Made by a program: the position numbers and the translations under genes. DNA of 64,000 bases from an uncultured Planctomycetota bacterium (lineage in GTDB: Bacteria; Planctomycetota; Planctomycetia; Pirellulales; Lacipirellulaceae), in the NCBI GenBank assembly GCA_963719315.1, contig CAVRBU010000001.1, forward strand, positions 544,001 through 608,000. Reading direction: 5' to 3'. Positions 39,318 to 49,086 of the stretch are shown here, piece by piece; position 1 is the stretch's first letter, and each line of letters begins with the position of its first letter. Under the pieces are notes generated by a model that had not been told where the DNA came from, did not search any database, and saw only the letters and a list, made by a program, of their open reading frames with translations.

Positions 39318-39542
39318 CGATCTCGGTCGTTAGCGGCTACCCAATTTACCTTATCGGCGAAACCTAGTGGCGAGCGACAGCGTAACCGTCGGCCGCGGTA
39401 CAGCCCATATAGCCACGAGACATAAGCCAGGGCAGCAATAACCCGCGAGGATCAATCAAGAACTCGTTGCAAAGATGTCTCATGCGAGCGAAACTGAGGG
39501 AATACTCGATCTTGGCGACTTCGAGCCGCTTGGGAGGATGTC

Positions 39543-39797
39543 ATGCCTAACCTTCGCAAAAGTGTCGATGTGCTGGAGCAGGAGTTTTTGCCCGCCCGGG
39601 CGAAGATTTTGGAGGTGGCCGCGGCGCTCGACCGGATTGACCGGGCGAGTGGATCGGTCGATTCCGATTCACGGCGCACGCAAATGCACGCCGCGATCCA
39701 AGTATTGCTGCGGCCCGAGGATGACCGCGCGGAACAGATTCAATTGATCTTTAGCCGACCGTACAAGAGTGATTGGCGGGAAAAGTTCGGAGTGTAA
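39543..39797 (+). CDS. Conserved hypothetical protein upstream of TatD/EboB
   Basis: GGAGG RBS; REFL..RAKILE.AA.LDR.DRA-type pattern. Confidence 0.7.
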   Translation: MPNLRKSVDVLEQEFLPARAKILEVAAALDRIDRASGSVDSDSRRTQMHAAIQVLLRPEDDRAEQIQLIFSRPYKSDWREKFGV

Positions 39798-39879
39798 GAG
39801 CAGTAGCGGAGTGGTGGAGTAAGAGAAGTGTGATCGATTTCGCTTTTCTCCTACTCTTCCACTCCCCTACTCCCCTGCT

Positions 39880-40713
39880 ATGTACTACATCGATCCACAC
39901 ATACACATGGTCTCGCGGACGACGGACGACTACGAGACGCTGGCCAAGATGGGCTGCGTCGCGGTGAGTGAACCGGCGTTTTGGGCGGGATACGATCGCG
40001 GAAGCGTCGACGGGTTCCGTGATTATTTCGAGCAGTTGGTGGCGTTCGAGCCGAAGCGGGCCGGTTGGTACGGCATTCAGCACTTCACGTGGATGTGCAT
40101 CAACGCGAAAGAGGCAGAGAACGTTGCGCTTGCTCGCGAAGTGATCGCGATGATTCCCGAGTTTCTCGATCGGCCGGGCGTGTTGGGGATCGGCGAGATC
40201 GGACTCAATAAGAACACGAAGAACGAAGCGACCGTGTTTTTGGAGCACGTCGAGCTCGCAATGCAGACCGACGAACAGATTCTCATCCACACGCCCCATC
40301 TGGAAGATAAGTTCCAAGGCACGCGAATGATTCTGGACATACTGTGCGACGACGGCCGGATCAATCGCGAGCGCGTGCTCGTCGATCACACGGAAGAACA
40401 TACGGTGCGGGCAGTGCTCGACCAGGGCTTTTGGGCCGGCATGACACTGTACCCCGTAAGCAAGTGCACGCCGGCCCGGGCGGCGGATATCGTCGAGATG
40501 TACGGCCCGGAACGGTTGCTTGTAAACTCAGCCGGCGACTGGGGACCCTCGAAGCCGACAGCCGTGCCGGACTTTATTCTAGAAATGCGACGCCGCGGGC
40601 ACGCCGAAAGCCTCATCCGCCGAATCGTGTATGACAATCCGGTGACCTTCTTCAGTCAGAGCCGGAATTTCGTGTTCAACCCACCGGATGTGACTGAGCA
40701 CGCAGGGGTGTGA
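39880..40713 (+). CDS. TatD family hydrolase (EboB-like)
   Basis: DPHIHM.SRTTDDY, GEIG, IHTPH, DH, NSAGDWG. Confidence 0.88.
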   Translation: MYYIDPHIHMVSRTTDDYETLAKMGCVAVSEPAFWAGYDRGSVDGFRDYFEQLVAFEPKRAGWYGIQHFTWMCINAKEAENVALAREVIAMIPEFLDRPGVLGIGEIGLNKNTKNEATVFLEHVELAMQTDEQILIHTPHLEDKFQGTRMILDILCDDGRINRERVLVDHTEEHTVRAVLDQGFWAGMTLYPVSKCTPARAADIVEMYGPERLLVNSAGDWGPSKPTAVPDFILEMRRRGHAESLIRRIVYDNPVTFFSQSRNFVFNPPDVTEHAGV

Positions 40714-40762
40714 TCGTACGTTGCGATACACCCCCAAACTGTGACTGAAGCAGGAAATCACT

Positions 40763-40969
40763 ATGAAATTTCTAGTTATTATTGATCGCGATGAAGACGG
40801 AGTCTGGGTCGTGGAGTGTCCCTCAATTCCTGGTTGTGTCAGTCAGGGGGAGACGAAGGACGAAGCGCTGACCAATATTAAGGACGCGATTCGAGTATGC
40901 CTTGACTCGCGTGCAGAGTTGGGAATGCCGCTGACTGTCGAAACTCGCCAAGTGGAGGTGGAGGCCTGA
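40763..40969 (+). CDS. hicB: HicB family antitoxin
   Basis: DEDG.WVVECPSIPGCVSQGET..EAL.NI.DAI. Confidence 0.9.
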   Translation: MKFLVIIDRDEDGVWVVECPSIPGCVSQGETKDEALTNIKDAIRVCLDSRAELGMPLTVETRQVEVEA

Positions 40970-41191
40970 TGGCGCCTGCCCGTGCTGAGCGGTCGCGAAG
41001 TCGTTCGAACTTTTGAATCGCTCGGTTAACGAAAGTCGCGCCAATCGGGTAGCCACATTGTGCTCGTCAAGGACGGTCACTCGGCATCGCTCTCGGTGCC
41101 GGATCATCGTGAAGTTGCCCGCGGAACGCTGCGCAAGTTAATCCGCGCAGCGAATTTAACGGTCGATGAGTTAGTGGCGGCGATTCAATGA
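40969..41191 (+). pseudogene. hicA: HicA toxin pseudogene (frameshift after ATG plus TAA at 41027-41029)
   Basis: PVLSGREVVRTFESLG*RKSRQSGSHIVLVK...SVPDHREVARGTLRKLI; ATG 40969 is out of frame by 1. Confidence 0.85.
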
Positions 41192-41218
41192 TTTACGCGG
41201 CCTTTCGCTACGTTGAAT

Positions 41219-42544
41219 TCACTCATCCGCAAACTGCTTCAGCACCAACTCTGCCACTTGCGTATCGGCCAGTTGGCCGCCGAGGAAGACTCCGGGTTCG
41301 GAGGTGAGGAGGACGCCGCGTTGGGACGGGTCTTTGGCCGGCGCACCGTGCGAGCCGTGAACGAGGTTGGCGTTGAGCGGAATCGTTTTCGAGCGGGCGT
41401 CGAAGAAGAGCTCGACCGGGTCGTAGCCGGGCTTGCGATGGATGTCGACGGTGCGAGCGTATTGCGGGGCTTTGGCATCTTCTTGCCACCAGTAATAAGC
41501 CTGCCAACTGTGCGGGTCGGAAATGAGCACGAGGTCGCCGCTGCGCGGGTGGTCGAGCTTATAGGCGGCGAGGCCCTCGGCGGTGAGCACTTCGGCAATG
41601 CCGGGTTGCTTGGCGAATAGTCGGGCGACCTTTTTGATCGTCTTGGGATCGGAATCTTGTACGTAGACGTGCGAGAATTGGTGGTCTACAAGTGCCCAAG
41701 CTTTGCTGTTGCCGAAGTCGAGGTGCTCTCCATCATCCGCTTGGCTGACTTTCAACAGGCCGGCATCGCGGAGAATGCGGTTGGGAAAGGCAACGTCGTT
41801 GACGGTGGAGATCACGTACTCGCTGGCCGCGAGCCAGAGCGGCGCTTCGCTGTACGCCTTATGGAAACCGGCGATAAGCTTACCGAGCTCGGCATCTAAA
41901 TCTGCTACGGCCTGGTGAGCGGCCTTGCTATCGGGGCCGCCTTTTTGGGCCGCGTAATCCAGGTGCGGCAAATAGATGTAGACGAAGTTGGGTTTGTATT
42001 TTTCGACCGTGAGAATCGCCGAATCGACGATCCAGGTGCTGGACTGAATTCCGGCCAACGGTCCCCAGAAATGTTGCAACGGGAAGTGGCCGAACTTACC
42101 CTTTAGCTCGTCGTACAGTCCCTCGGGGCGCGTAAAGCACCAGGGCGATTCGCTGCCGTCGGCGTTGTGGACCGGGGCGGGAGTGCAGATGTAGTCGGCG
42201 CCGCTGCCCTTGCTATGGAGCGGGAACCACACGGCAGAGGTGATCGCCCGGTCGCGGTCGTGGAGGATGTCCCAGATTTGGGGCCGCTGGATGCAGTCGT
42301 TCCAAGCGGTCCACATTTCCACGCGGCGTTGGTCGCGCCAGTAGAAACCATTGGCGACGACACCGTGCTCGCGCGGCGAGCAGCCGGTCGTCATATTGGC
42401 TTGCACCGGGCAGGTGACGGCCGGAAAGCTGGGAACAAGGATCGCGTGCCCGCCGCCGACGAACAGCCTCGACAGATTTGGCATCGAGGACAGGTCGCGG
42501 GAGCGGAGCCCGGGAATCGAAAGCAAAACGACGAATCTGGCCAT
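41219..42544 (-). CDS. Alkaline phosphatase / nucleotide pyrophosphatase family protein (EboF-like)
   Basis: PAVTCPVQ...TG....HG.V.NG, YLPHLDY, VDIHRKPGYDP.ELF, GSHG. Confidence 0.88.
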   Translation of the reverse strand: MARFVVLLSIPGLRSRDLSSMPNLSRLFVGGGHAILVPSFPAVTCPVQANMTTGCSPREHGVVANGFYWRDQRRVEMWTAWNDCIQRPQIWDILHDRDRAITSAVWFPLHSKGSGADYICTPAPVHNADGSESPWCFTRPEGLYDELKGKFGHFPLQHFWGPLAGIQSSTWIVDSAILTVEKYKPNFVYIYLPHLDYAAQKGGPDSKAAHQAVADLDAELGKLIAGFHKAYSEAPLWLAASEYVISTVNDVAFPNRILRDAGLLKVSQADDGEHLDFGNSKAWALVDHQFSHVYVQDSDPKTIKKVARLFAKQPGIAEVLTAEGLAAYKLDHPRSGDLVLISDPHSWQAYYWWQEDAKAPQYARTVDIHRKPGYDPVELFFDARSKTIPLNANLVHGSHGAPAKDPSQRGVLLTSEPGVFLGGQLADTQVAELVLKQFADE

Positions 42545-42616
42545 TCAATTCCCGATAAAATTGCGCTCGTTGTGGATATGTTGTCGGAGGTGCCGAAAGT
42601 TTTTGTTTTTCTACCG

Positions 42617-43483
42617 TTAGTGCTTGGCGCGAATGGTGGTCTCTACTAGCGGTCGCAGGAAATTATACGCACGTTGGGCAGCAGCCGGCCCCTCGTGGCT
42701 ATGCCGGCTGAGCTCAACGCTGAGGAGCCCATCATACCCAATCTCGGCCAGCGCCGCGATAACCGGCGGAAAATCGATTTCCCCCTCGCCAAACATCAGG
42801 TGCTCGTGGACGCCTGGCCGCATGTCCTCGATATGGACGTTGGCCAGCCGGTCGGCGTATTCCCCGATTTTGGCCGGAATTGGCACTTCGCCGAGGCAGT
42901 GGAGGTGGCCGATGTCGATCGTCAGCCGAAGCCGGGCTGAGTCTATGCCGCGAACCGCCAATTCGGAGAGAAGTTTGTCGTAGGCGGCCAGCGTATCGAT
43001 GAACATGCCCGGCTCGGGCTCGAAGGCCAAATCGACGCTGCAATTGTCGGCGTGGGCGAGAACGCGAGACAGACCGTCCGACAGGCGAGAATATGCCTCA
43101 GACTGTCCTGCCCCGTCTTGCAGGATGCCTGACCAAAGTGAAACGCAATCGGCTTTTAATTCGGCAGCAATGTCGATAGAGCGACGCAAGAAGTCGATCC
43201 GCAGCGCACGGCCGTGGGGGTCGGCGGTGACGAACGTCGGCTCGTGTTTCGCACGCGGATCGAGGAGAAATCGGGCACCGGTTTCGATTACGCAGCGGAA
43301 GTTGTGCTTCTCGAGTGCCGCGGCAACTTGCTCGAGCTGGTCAGTTGTTCGTTCATCAAACGGATTAAGGGCGCCGTGGTCCAGCGCAATCGAAACGCCC
43401 TGATAGCCAATTTCGGCCAGGAGCGCGATTGCGTCGAGTAGATCGTGGTGCGCGAGGCCGTTGGTGTTGTAGGCGAGGAGCAT
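42617..43483 (-). CDS. Sugar phosphate isomerase/epimerase (xylose-isomerase-like TIM barrel)
   Basis: IETGARFLLDP, EPEPGM, DIGH, HIEDM..G.HEHL, VELSRH. Confidence 0.88.
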   Translation of the reverse strand: MLLAYNTNGLAHHDLLDAIALLAEIGYQGVSIALDHGALNPFDERTTDQLEQVAAALEKHNFRCVIETGARFLLDPRAKHEPTFVTADPHGRALRIDFLRRSIDIAAELKADCVSLWSGILQDGAGQSEAYSRLSDGLSRVLAHADNCSVDLAFEPEPGMFIDTLAAYDKLLSELAVRGIDSARLRLTIDIGHLHCLGEVPIPAKIGEYADRLANVHIEDMRPGVHEHLMFGEGEIDFPPVIAALAEIGYDGLLSVELSRHSHEGPAAAQRAYNFLRPLVETTIRAKH

Positions 43484-43513
43484 GGCGATTGAGCGATGAT
43501 CAACGGCTCGCGA

Positions 43514-43852
43514 CTATTGGGACTTCAACCGGATCAGGATCGTCTGCCAAATCTCCGCCACGCCCAGTTTTGCGGCGAATTCCGCAACGTAACCATAGTC
43601 GATCAAGTCGTTGCTGAATTCCAACATGCCGGTAATGTCGCGGAGATGCTTGTCTGAACCGCCTTCGCGATAGTAAACGAGTTTGCCGATGATCACATCT
43701 TCCGGCGCTGCGACAGCAGCAACTTGGTCTGGAAACAATTGCACGCGCTTCCGCGAGCTAGTTGATTAGCGTTCTAAGCCGACAATGGCATACGGAATGC
43801 CGGGCCGATCGAGCACATCCACTGCAAACTTGAGAAGATCAGTCTGTTTCAC
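43514..43852 (-). pseudogene. Nucleotidyltransferase-like gene remnant with probable internal deletion and stop
   Basis: VKQTDLLKFAVDVLDRPGIPYAIVG, then a stop and an abrupt jump to APEDVIIGKL.YY..G.S.KH.RDI; catalytic middle missing. Confidence 0.6.
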
Positions 43853-44069
43853 CGCAAACCCGTATGATCACTTCGGCTCGAACCTGGGATTCGCTCCAAT
43901 CGGGGTGTTGGTAGCGAACTCCAGCGGCAGCCAAGACCCTTGCGGTACGATTGGCGGCGCCGATCATCTCGACGCGCTCCGCCGCATTCTTTGTGCGCAA
44001 AACCTCGGCCAGATCGTGGTCGATGACTTCGATGCGAGTTGGCTGAACTGCGCGATCTATTGGGTTCAA
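43839..44069 (-). CDS. Small antitoxin-like partner protein
   Basis: IEVID...AEVLR.K..AER...HPDWS...V..E; overlaps the NTase-like start. Confidence 0.65.
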   Translation of the reverse strand: MNPIDRAVQPTRIEVIDHDLAEVLRTKNAAERVEMIGAANRTARVLAAAGVRYQHPDWSESQVRAEVIIRVCGETD

Positions 44070-44162
44070 TCCCTTTCCGGCAACGCCATTGTACCATCTT
44101 TAGCGCGACCGCTGTAGATAAGCCGGTTAGCGGTGGTGTCCTAATTTGCGGCACAACAACCT

Positions 44163-44215
44163 TGTGGCACGGACTTCAGTCCGTGATTCTCGTACGGACT
44201 GAAGTCCGTGCTACA
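44163..44215. repeat. REP-like inverted palindrome doublet
   Basis: TGTGGCACGGACTTCAGTCCGTG-N7-TACGGACTGAAGTCCGTGCTACA. Confidence 0.75.
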
Positions 44216-44393
44216 AAGTTCCGGTCCAAACGATGCCAAATTAGGACACCACCCGGTTTGCGTTTGGTAGTTATGCCCGTGTTTGATTCGTACGACACGC
44301 CGCCGCTTTTGGCGAGCGACGCTAAATTGCCTACAATGAGACAAACACATTGCGCTTTATTGGCCGCCCGTAAGAAACCATATCTCGCCCGAC

Positions 44394-45059
44394 ATGATGC
44401 TTTTGATCGACAATTACGACAGCTTCGTCCATAACCTCGCGCGTTATTTCGCACGACTGGGGCAGGAAACGCGAGTCGTGCGGAATGATGCGATCGATGC
44501 GGATGAGGTTCGGCGTCTGCGGCCTGCGGCTGTGGTATTTTCGCCCGGGCCGTGCACGCCGCGGGAGGCGGGGGCGTCGCTGGAGATCGTGCGGGCGTTG
44601 TACGCGGAAGTGCCGTTCCTGGGTGTCTGTCTGGGACATCAGGTGATCGCGGAAGCACTCGGCGGCCGGATTGTGCGAGCGCCGCTGCCGGTGCATGGGC
44701 AGGCGTCGCAAATCTTGCATGACGCGGCCGGATTGTTTGCAGGCGTGCCGTCGCCTATGCGGGTAGGGCGATATCATTCGCTGGTGGTCGAATCGGCGAC
44801 TTTGCCGGTCGAGTTGCTGCCGACGGCTTGGACCGAGGACGGTGTGTTGATGGCGTTCGAACACACGCGCTATCCAGTTTACGGAGTGCAGTTTCATCCT
44901 GAATCGATACTTACGGAACACGGGTATGAATTGCTGACGAACTTTTTGGAGTTGGCCGGCTTTGCGAGCGGAGGGCGCCGGTCAAAGGCCGATATGCAAG
45001 AATTTGTTCAACCCGCCTCTCAGCCGGCGCTGCTGCCCGATCGCCCCGTTACGTTTTGA
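44394..45059 (+). CDS. pabA: Aminodeoxychorismate/anthranilate synthase component II (glutamine amidotransferase)
   Basis: IDNYDSF..NL, SPGP, GVCLGHQ, RYHSL, QFHPES; context favours pabA over trpG. Confidence 0.88.
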   Translation: MMLLIDNYDSFVHNLARYFARLGQETRVVRNDAIDADEVRRLRPAAVVFSPGPCTPREAGASLEIVRALYAEVPFLGVCLGHQVIAEALGGRIVRAPLPVHGQASQILHDAAGLFAGVPSPMRVGRYHSLVVESATLPVELLPTAWTEDGVLMAFEHTRYPVYGVQFHPESILTEHGYELLTNFLELAGFASGGRRSKADMQEFVQPASQPALLPDRPVTF

Positions 45060-45067
45060 GGCCGCGC

Positions 45068-45706
45068 ATGTCCACCGACGAAACGGCTTCTGGCCCGCGT
45101 TTGCCCGACGGACTCCTCCTTGAAGGTATCGTCACGACGCTCAACGATGATGGTTCGCCGCACATTGCGCCAATGGGGCCGATTGTTGACGCCGAGTTCA
45201 TGCGGATTTTGCTCCGTCCGTTTCGTACATCGACGACGTATCACAACTTGAAACGGGCCGGTCTAGGGGTGCTGCACGTGACCGACGATGTGGAGATGTT
45301 CGCCCGTGCCGCCGTGGGGCGGCTCGATGTGTTGCCGCGGTTGCTGCCGGCCAACGTGGTGGAGGGCGTGATTTTGGCCGAAGCGTGCCGCTGGTATGCG
45401 TTTCGCGTGGAATCGCTCGACGATCGGGCAGAGCGGACCGCAATCTTAGCAAAAGTCGTCGATCGCGGGTGGCTGCGCGACTTTCTGGGCTTCAATCGCG
45501 CTAAGCACGCGATTATTGAGGCCGCAATTTTGGCGACCCGAATTCAATGGCTGGAAGCCGCCCACATTCGCGGCGAGTTTGAGCGACTGGCCGTGCTTGT
45601 CGAGAAGACAGGCGGGCGGCAAGAACACTCGGCTTTCGCGTTCTTGCAGCAGTTCGTGCGCGAACAATTGGAGGCAGGGGTTCGGCCGGAGACGGTGGGC
45701 AGATGA
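45068..45706 (+). CDS. DUF447 family protein (methanopterin cluster)
   Basis: EGIVTT......HIAPMG, L.PF..STT..NL, GFNRA..A.IEAAI..TR. Confidence 0.85.
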   Translation: MSTDETASGPRLPDGLLLEGIVTTLNDDGSPHIAPMGPIVDAEFMRILLRPFRTSTTYHNLKRAGLGVLHVTDDVEMFARAAVGRLDVLPRLLPANVVEGVILAEACRWYAFRVESLDDRAERTAILAKVVDRGWLRDFLGFNRAKHAIIEAAILATRIQWLEAAHIRGEFERLAVLVEKTGGRQEHSAFAFLQQFVREQLEAGVRPETVGR

Positions 45707-46656
45707 GCGCATCCGTCAATGTCCGAACACCGTGCCGGCTGCACTTCGGGATGTTCAGTTTTGGATGTGAAGACCGACCGCAATTTGGCGGCGTAGGTGT
45801 GATGGTTGAACCGCCCAGTGTGTGCGTTTCGATACAGCCGGCGGATCGCTTCTCGGTACGAGGCGATCATGCGGGGCGGGCCCGGCAGTTCGTCGAATTG
45901 GCCGCGAGCACTTGGCAATTGCCGTCGTTGCCCAATTGCCGAGTCGAAATTCGGTCGCCGGGGGATCACACGGGTCTAGGCGTGGGAACGCAATTGGGTT
46001 TGGCGATTGCCGCTGGCTTGCGGAGATTCCTGCAGTTGCCAGAACTGCCGGTCGCGTTGCTCGCGCGGGCCGTAGGACGCGGCCAACGGTCGGCTGTGGG
46101 AACCTACGGATTTCAATTGGGCGGGATGATTGTGGATGCGGGCAAGCACGAGGAAGATCAACTTGGGACGTTGGCTCGGCGAGTTGCGCTGCCGGCGGCC
46201 TGGCGGTTTGTCCTCGTTCGCTCGACGGTCGAGCGGGGATTGGCCGGCGATCGCGAGAAGGACGCGTTCGCCAAATTGCCGCCCGTGCCGGATGACGTCA
46301 CGCGCGAGTTATGGCGGATCACGAACGAGCAGATGGCGCCGGCGGTCGCCCGTGCAGACTGCGCCGAATTCGGCGAGGCCGTGTACCAATTCGGCCGACT
46401 GGCCGGCGAATGTTTCGCAACTGAGCAGGGAGGGCCGTTCGCGAGTCTGCTAATCGAGCGGCTCGTTACGTCCATTCGCGATCAGGGCGTACCCGGCGTC
46501 GGCCAATCGTCGTGGGGACCGACCGTCTTTGCAATCACCGAAAACAATACGGCCGCAAATGAGCTGGCGAACTGGATTCGAGGCAACGCAAAGTGCCGCG
46601 AGTGCTACGTCACCATCGCCCGGCCGAAGAATACCGGAGTTGCGACTACGGACTAG
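45703..46656 (+). CDS. mptG: Beta-ribofuranosylaminobenzene 5'-phosphate synthase (GHMP family)
   Basis: RLHFG, H.GLG.GTQL.LA, RG.RS.VG..GF..GG..VD.G, GQSSWGPT. Confidence 0.88.
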   Translation: MSASVNVRTPCRLHFGMFSFGCEDRPQFGGVGVMVEPPSVCVSIQPADRFSVRGDHAGRARQFVELAASTWQLPSLPNCRVEIRSPGDHTGLGVGTQLGLAIAAGLRRFLQLPELPVALLARAVGRGQRSAVGTYGFQLGGMIVDAGKHEEDQLGTLARRVALPAAWRFVLVRSTVERGLAGDREKDAFAKLPPVPDDVTRELWRITNEQMAPAVARADCAEFGEAVYQFGRLAGECFATEQGGPFASLLIERLVTSIRDQGVPGVGQSSWGPTVFAITENNTAANELANWIRGNAKCRECYVTIARPKNTGVATTD

Positions 46657-46696
46657 CAGCATGGGTCCCGATCTCCCGTCGCCTTAAATTCCACTC

Positions 46697-47488
46697 CTAC
46701 AATTCGAGCCCGTCGGGGTAAACGCCATCTTCGGCGAAAATCGTAGCGACGAAGTGAAGTTGCCGTCGGTCCGCGCAACGGCCCGTAATTTCTACTCTTT
46801 TTGCGAGCTGTCGAAGTGGGAATATCCGGCAAACGGCATTGCATATCTCAAGCACTTTAACGCAATCAACTGGGGTCCATGCAAGCCTTAGCAGCAATGC
46901 CTCTATTTGCAATGTAATGAGATAGGACGGCTTGATGGATTCCTCAAGGTCCGTCGACATTAATGCAAACTTCTTGTTGCCGCCGATTACCCAGTTAACG
47001 CCGTCCGCTGGGCAGAATGCCATATCAACCGTCGAATTGTCTGGCAACCGGCCCTCATTATAGAAGCAGTGAATTTGTTCCAGCGGAATGATTTTCTTGT
47101 AGTTACTGGCGTAGTTTAGGGTGACAGCCGTCTTAAACGTCCATCTCGCGAGCGTGTCGCACACGTTGCGGCCAAGCATTTTGGGACAGACGCCTTTCCA
47201 CAGCGATTCCAAAATCGGCCTTGCTGCAACCTCTAAGCCGGACATCCAGCCGCTGTTGCACGTAACACACACGCTTCCGAGAATGAGAGAATCGATACTT
47301 TGTTCTCGTTCGTTAAGAATCTCGGAATCCTCGCTCAAGACAGATGGCTCGTTCGGATACGTCAAAGTCGATCCAACTATTCTTTCGTGGATGTAACCGA
47401 GGTGAGAAACTGCCCACCTGGGGATTACGTGCTCCCTACTGCGGTTTTTTCGCGTCAGCGGAGTATTGCAGAATAAGCATGCTCGCAT
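46697..47488 (-). CDS. HNH-like zinc-finger protein
   Basis: CLFC...S.EHVIP.W ... VC..CN.GWMS.LE; AT-richer than flanks. Confidence 0.7.
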   Translation of the reverse strand: MRACLFCNTPLTRKNRSREHVIPRWAVSHLGYIHERIVGSTLTYPNEPSVLSEDSEILNEREQSIDSLILGSVCVTCNSGWMSGLEVAARPILESLWKGVCPKMLGRNVCDTLARWTFKTAVTLNYASNYKKIIPLEQIHCFYNEGRLPDNSTVDMAFCPADGVNWVIGGNKKFALMSTDLEESIKPSYLITLQIEALLLRLAWTPVDCVKVLEICNAVCRIFPLRQLAKRVEITGRCADRRQLHFVATIFAEDGVYPDGLEL

Positions 47489-47619
47489 CGTCAGAACCTT
47501 CTAGCGTGGGGGGAATTGCGACGGAGTAAATTATACGGGACAGGAGTGGCTGTGTAGCACAACTCAACGACTAGAAGAGCCACAATGTTGTGGATGAGGG
47601 CGAGTAAGCGGAGTTCGTC

Positions 47620-47838
47620 GGGTGCCACTGGCTCTGCCAGTGCGAAGTGGCAACCACCATCGCTGGCTAATGGCGTTGTTCAAGCTCGGTCCGTGAAATG
47701 CGTCTCTAGAATCGTTCCAAGTGGTAGGAGCCAGAGCCAGCTTGTTCGTGGCATCGAACTGTTGGAGTATTGAATAAAGGCAAGGCTCATTACCGCAAGC
47801 CGGCGGCAACCGGAGCACGGGCATAGCCCGTGGCACCC
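47620..47838. repeat. Inverted pair of REP-like palindromes with ~170-bp spacer
   Basis: GGGTGCCACTGGCTCTGCCAGTGC (47620-43) and reverse complement GGGTGCCACGGGCTATGCCCGTGC (47815-38). Confidence 0.7.
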
Positions 47839-47870
47839 ATCGAGTACGCCAGCCGCTACCAACTACCAAC

Positions 47871-48998
47871 TTAGGCAAGTACGTCGCGATACGTGGAGAT
47901 AAGCCGTGCGGCGGCGGTGCGGATGTCGAAGGCCGCTTCGGCGCGGCGGCGGGCGGCGGCGGCCAGCGATTGGCGGCGGTTGTCGTCTCGGAGTAAGGCC
48001 AGTGTTGCGCTGGCGAGGTCGGTGGAGTTGTCGGGGCGGATGAGGAGTGCGCCGTCGGTTTCGGTGGGGAAGATTTCGCGGGTGCCGCCGGCGGCGGTGG
48101 CGATCGACGCTAAGCCGCAAGCGGCGGATTCTAGCAAGATGCGGCCGAGGGGCTCCTGGCGGGCGGCGTGGACGAGGAGGGTGCATTCGGGCAAGAGTAG
48201 TGGGATGTCGCTACGACTGCCGAGGAAATGGATGCGACCCGCCAGTAATTTTTCAGCGGCGATCGATTGGAGCAGTGCTTCGAAGTCGCATGATTCCACT
48301 TTGTTCGAAGTGCGCTCGCCGACGATTAGCCAATGGACGTTTGGCGCCTCATCGGCGATTTGCAATGCAGCGGAAAGGGCGACGTCGGTCCCCTTACGGA
48401 GACCGAGTTGGCCAACGACGGCGATAAGCGGCGCGCCAGGCGGCAAGCTGAGTTCGCGGTGTAAAAAGCCGGTGGGCGGTCGGGGGCGAAACTCGTCCAG
48501 ATCAACGCCGTTGTTAAGGACGAAGCATTTTTCCGCGTCGAGGCCCTGCGCGACGTGGAAATCACGCGTAGCTCGCGAGACGGCCAACAGCCGGCAGTGC
48601 CGGTTCAAGTCGTCGATCACCTGGTTGGAGAGTTTGAGGATATCGCGCAGATGGCCGATGCTACGCAGGCCACATTCGACGGCGACCGGCCCAGCGATCC
48701 GTGCGGTAGAAAGGCTGTTGGCGTGCAGCAAGTCGGGCTGCGTGTTTTGTACGATGCTGGACAAGTCGGATCGCAGGCGATCGAGCGGATAGCGTTCGCC
48801 AGTGGCGTCGTGCGGTTGCCAAGCGACGTGCGAAATGTCACCGTCGCGAAGCGCGGCATCCAAGGGGCCTTCTGCGGGTGCGGCAACCACTACGTCGAAT
48901 CCGGCTGCCACGACGGCGGGCAGCGCGGCGAGCAGCGAGCGCTCGCCGCCGAGGAGCGTCGGGTATTCGCACAAAATTAGGAGCCGCGGCGTGGGCAT
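47871..48998 (-). CDS. Glycosyltransferase family 4
   Basis: GGER, NGVD, KG, EPLG..LLE (EX7E). Confidence 0.9.
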   Translation of the reverse strand: MPTPRLLILCEYPTLLGGERSLLAALPAVVAAGFDVVVAAPAEGPLDAALRDGDISHVAWQPHDATGERYPLDRLRSDLSSIVQNTQPDLLHANSLSTARIAGPVAVECGLRSIGHLRDILKLSNQVIDDLNRHCRLLAVSRATRDFHVAQGLDAEKCFVLNNGVDLDEFRPRPPTGFLHRELSLPPGAPLIAVVGQLGLRKGTDVALSAALQIADEAPNVHWLIVGERTSNKVESCDFEALLQSIAAEKLLAGRIHFLGSRSDIPLLLPECTLLVHAARQEPLGRILLESAACGLASIATAAGGTREIFPTETDGALLIRPDNSTDLASATLALLRDDNRRQSLAAAARRRAEAAFDIRTAAARLISTYRDVLA

Positions 48999-49086
48999 GG
49001 GAGGTGTCGGGTGTCGGGTTTCAGGTGTCGGAATTCAAAGCCTGACACCGGACACCTGACACCTCTCTCCCACCCTCAACTCTGCT

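Noticed and set aside
1352..41029. In-frame stops (TAG 1352, TAA 16392, TAG 19900, TAA 41027) as stop-codon reassignment or pyrrolysine
   Set aside because: The codons are mixed, TAG and TAA end many normal genes here, and no pyl or sel machinery is in the window.
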